DNA of 64,000 nt from contig JBBPEB010000032.1 of NCBI GenBank assembly GCA_039096225.1, positions 1,054,001-1,118,000 on the forward strand, in the 5' to 3' direction. This DNA comes from Blastocystis sp. Blastoise. Lineage: Eukaryota; Protista; Bigyra: Opalinata. Position numbers and translations under genes: made by a program. Below are positions 61,710 to 64,000 of the stretch, piece by piece. The notes below the pieces were generated by a model, which saw nothing but the letters and a program-made list of their open reading frames with translations, was not told where the DNA came from and searched no databases. Each line of letters opens with the position of its first letter. Positions within the stretch are counted from its first letter, which is position 1.

Positions 61710-64000
61710 TTATATAATTATTTTTATTATATTATCATTATCATTATCTTCTTGAACAACTAAAATCTCTTCAAAATAATTTGGTAATGATTCTAATAAA
61801 TGTATAAAATCTTTATGAATAGGATTATATACTTGTAATTGATTTATTAAAAAATCATCTAACCATCTTCTTTCATTCTCTTCAAATATACTATATATAT
61901 TATATACTATCTCATTCTCTATATTATATAATCTCTCTTTCTTATTCTTCTCTTCTATATATCGATTAAACATATCATTCAATTCTTCTATTGTAGATCC
62001 ATATAAAAATACTGGATAGATATCTTTACATATATATATCGAATATCCAATACCTATTGCTATTATTGGAATATATCGATTTATTAAATTATATAAATCT
62101 CTATATTCTTCTTCATAATTATATATATAATAATTATCACTAAATATAAAAAGAAAAGAAGGAATAGATCGAGACAATAATAACGATGAAGCAATATTTA
62201 TTGTATTATACATATTCATATTCATTTCTGATGGAGTCTCAAATATATAAAATAAACTAGAAAGAATAGAAGCAGACATCAATTCTTTAGATGATATTCC
62301 TGTTGCTATATATATACTCTCTTTATTATTTATCCATATATCTATATATTCAATATTACATTCAGATAAACTATATAAAATTGTAAATATTATTTGAATA
62401 GAAAATAATATATTACTTATATTAAAAGCAATTGGAGAATTATCTATTATTATAGATATACTATAATTTCTCTTATCTCCTCGATTATATTTCTTAAATA
62501 TCTTATATATATTATAAGGATCAATTAATGATTGTATATAATTCTTCATATAAATAGTTTCTCCAAAATATGAAGGAGACCATAAATTATTCTCATTAAT
62601 AGGAAATAAAAAAGAAGAAAATAAATAAGTAAATGAAAGAGGATGAATAGATTGAAGTAAAAAATTAAAATCAATACATGTATCTATATTAGGAAAATAA
62701 AATAATAATGAAGAAGATATAGAAGATATAGAAGATAAAGAAGATAAAGAAGATAAAGAAGATAATGATAATGATGATATTTTTGAATATAATAAATAAT
62801 GAATAGATTGATTTGAAGAAGGAAATATAGGATTCTTCATAAATGAAGATAATATAATATTCTTATTATTTAAAGAAGAATAAGAAATAGATGATATTAA
62901 AAAAGGAATATAAGAATAATTATGATTATCAATATTTATTTTCTTTCTATTTATATCTTCTATTGAATTCCAAAGAAAAGAAAGAAATGTATCTGATATT
63001 ATAGATATAGAATCAATAGTAGTATTATAATGAGTAATATGAGAAGGAAATAAAGAATTCAATGAGATTTCAAGTTCTTTCTCTTCTTGTATTGAAATAT
63101 CATCATTCTTTATATGAAATATATATATTTTTGATAAGATAGATCGAATCTGTTTATATATATTATCTTTAGGATATATACATAATTCAGATAAACAATC
63201 AGATATAAAAATACATGGAATATCTTCAGAAAGAAAATCTTCTATATTCGATTCTTTTATCTCTTTATGTATATATATAGATAAATAATGAAATGGAGAA
63301 CAAATAAATTTAGATATTTTTGAAAGATCTAAGAAGAATGATATATATTCAAATAATGAAGATAAAGGATTTATTTGAATTCTATAGAAATGATCTTCAG
63401 TATAACAAATATATAATATCATTTCAATATGAAGTGATTTAAAAAATAAATAGAGAATACATAATAATAAAGAACGATAAGATCTCATTTTATATGTTAT
63501 TGTAATTGATGAATCAATAAGTATACATATAGAAGAAATAAATATATTTTCTTTATTTTTATTATTTGATAGAAATATAAAGAAAGAAGAAAGCCATCGA
63601 GATATTAATGGACATAAGGATATTATATAATGAGAAAGTACTAAAGAAGAATCTTCATCAATTGTATGATTTTCTTTTTCTATTAATTTATAAGTTTTAA
63701 TTGAAGATAAAAGTAATATAGGAATATAAGAAAAATATGAAATAGAAGATCGTTTAAAGAACATTTGATAATATTCAGAAATAGAAAATGAAATATATTC
63801 TTTAGGAATATCTATTGAAATGTAATTTTCTATTTGATAAGTATAATTATTTAAACAAATATTTATATCATTTTTATTCTTATTATAAATATTTAAATCT
63901 CTTATTAAAATAATTTTATTATTATTTTGTTTATTATTATTATTATTTTGTTTATTATTATTATTATTTTGTTTATTATTATTATTATTTTGTTTATTAT
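61710..64000 (-). CDS. Large intronless ORF with a midasin C-terminal/VWA-like domain; 5' end beyond the window
   Basis: Frame is open from the window end (Asn-rich 21-bp repeat) to 61710. G..IYMKNYI..YKIFK, YSISIIIDNS (degenerate MIDAS), LFIFSD and IIAIGIG resemble VWA beta strands. Confidence 0.6.
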   Translation of the reverse strand, partial: NKQNNNNNKQNNNNNKQNNNNNKQNNNKIILIRDLNIYNKNKNDINICLNNYTYQIENYISIDIPKEYISFSISEYYQMFFKRSSISYFSYIPILLLSSIKTYKLIEKENHTIDEDSSLVLSHYIISLCPLISRWLSSFFIFLSNNKNKENIFISSICILIDSSITITYKMRSYRSLLLCILYLFFKSLHIEMILYICYTEDHFYRIQINPLSSLFEYISFFLDLSKISKFICSPFHYLSIYIHKEIKESNIEDFLSEDIPCIFISDCLSELCIYPKDNIYKQIRSILSKIYIFHIKNDDISIQEEKELEISLNSLFPSHITHYNTTIDSISIISDTFLSFLWNSIEDINRKKINIDNHNYSYIPFLISSISYSSLNNKNIILSSFMKNPIFPSSNQSIHYLLYSKISSLSLSSLSSLSSLSSISSISSSLLFYFPNIDTCIDFNFLLQSIHPLSFTYLFSSFLFPINENNLWSPSYFGETIYMKNYIQSLIDPYNIYKIFKKYNRGDKRNYSISIIIDNSPIAFNISNILFSIQIIFTILYSLSECNIEYIDIWINNKESIYIATGISSKELMSASILSSLFYIFETPSEMNMNMYNTINIASSLLLSRSIPSFLFIFSDNYYIYNYEEEYRDLYNLINRYIPIIAIGIGYSIYICKDIYPVFLYGSTIEELNDMFNRYIEEKNKKERLYNIENEIVYNIYSIFEENERRWLDDFLINQLQVYNPIHKDFIHLLESLPNYFEEILVVQEDNDNDNIIKIII

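Overview
Extremely AT-rich eukaryotic DNA with many short GT(AT)...(T)AG spliceosomal introns and (TA)n tracts. The glycosyltransferase families and Cys-rich repeats suggest a Blastocystis-like gut stramenopile, but that is inference only. Intact genes use the standard genetic code. (1) 5.7-26 kb: six candidate glycan-modifying genes (GT2-like, NGD-motif GT, GT23 fucosyltransferase, GT61, LicD/fukutin-like, GT77), separated by many hAT and CACTA MITEs. (2) 27-35 kb: an ~8 kb segment bounded by CACTA-type ends that carries a multi-exon orphan gene; a related end and gene lie at 1-3 kb. (3) 36455-54929: an 18.5 kb Mutator-like element with no recognisable transposase, defined by TIRs, subterminal repeats and an exact 9-bp TSD (ATCTAATTA). 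Its cargo is intron-rich units with no open frame that I could find, two mirror-image purine/pyrimidine-skewed tracts (7 kb and 2 kb), and two non-canonical tRNA-like cloverleaves with covarying stems and mascRNA-like architecture, each at the 3' end of a unit. This cassette is the best candidate for an undescribed system. (4) 55.7-59.6 kb: an apparently intact EnSpm/CACTA transposase. (5) 61-64 kb: a Cys-rich repeat fragment and a large VWA/midasin-C-terminal-like ORF running off the window end.
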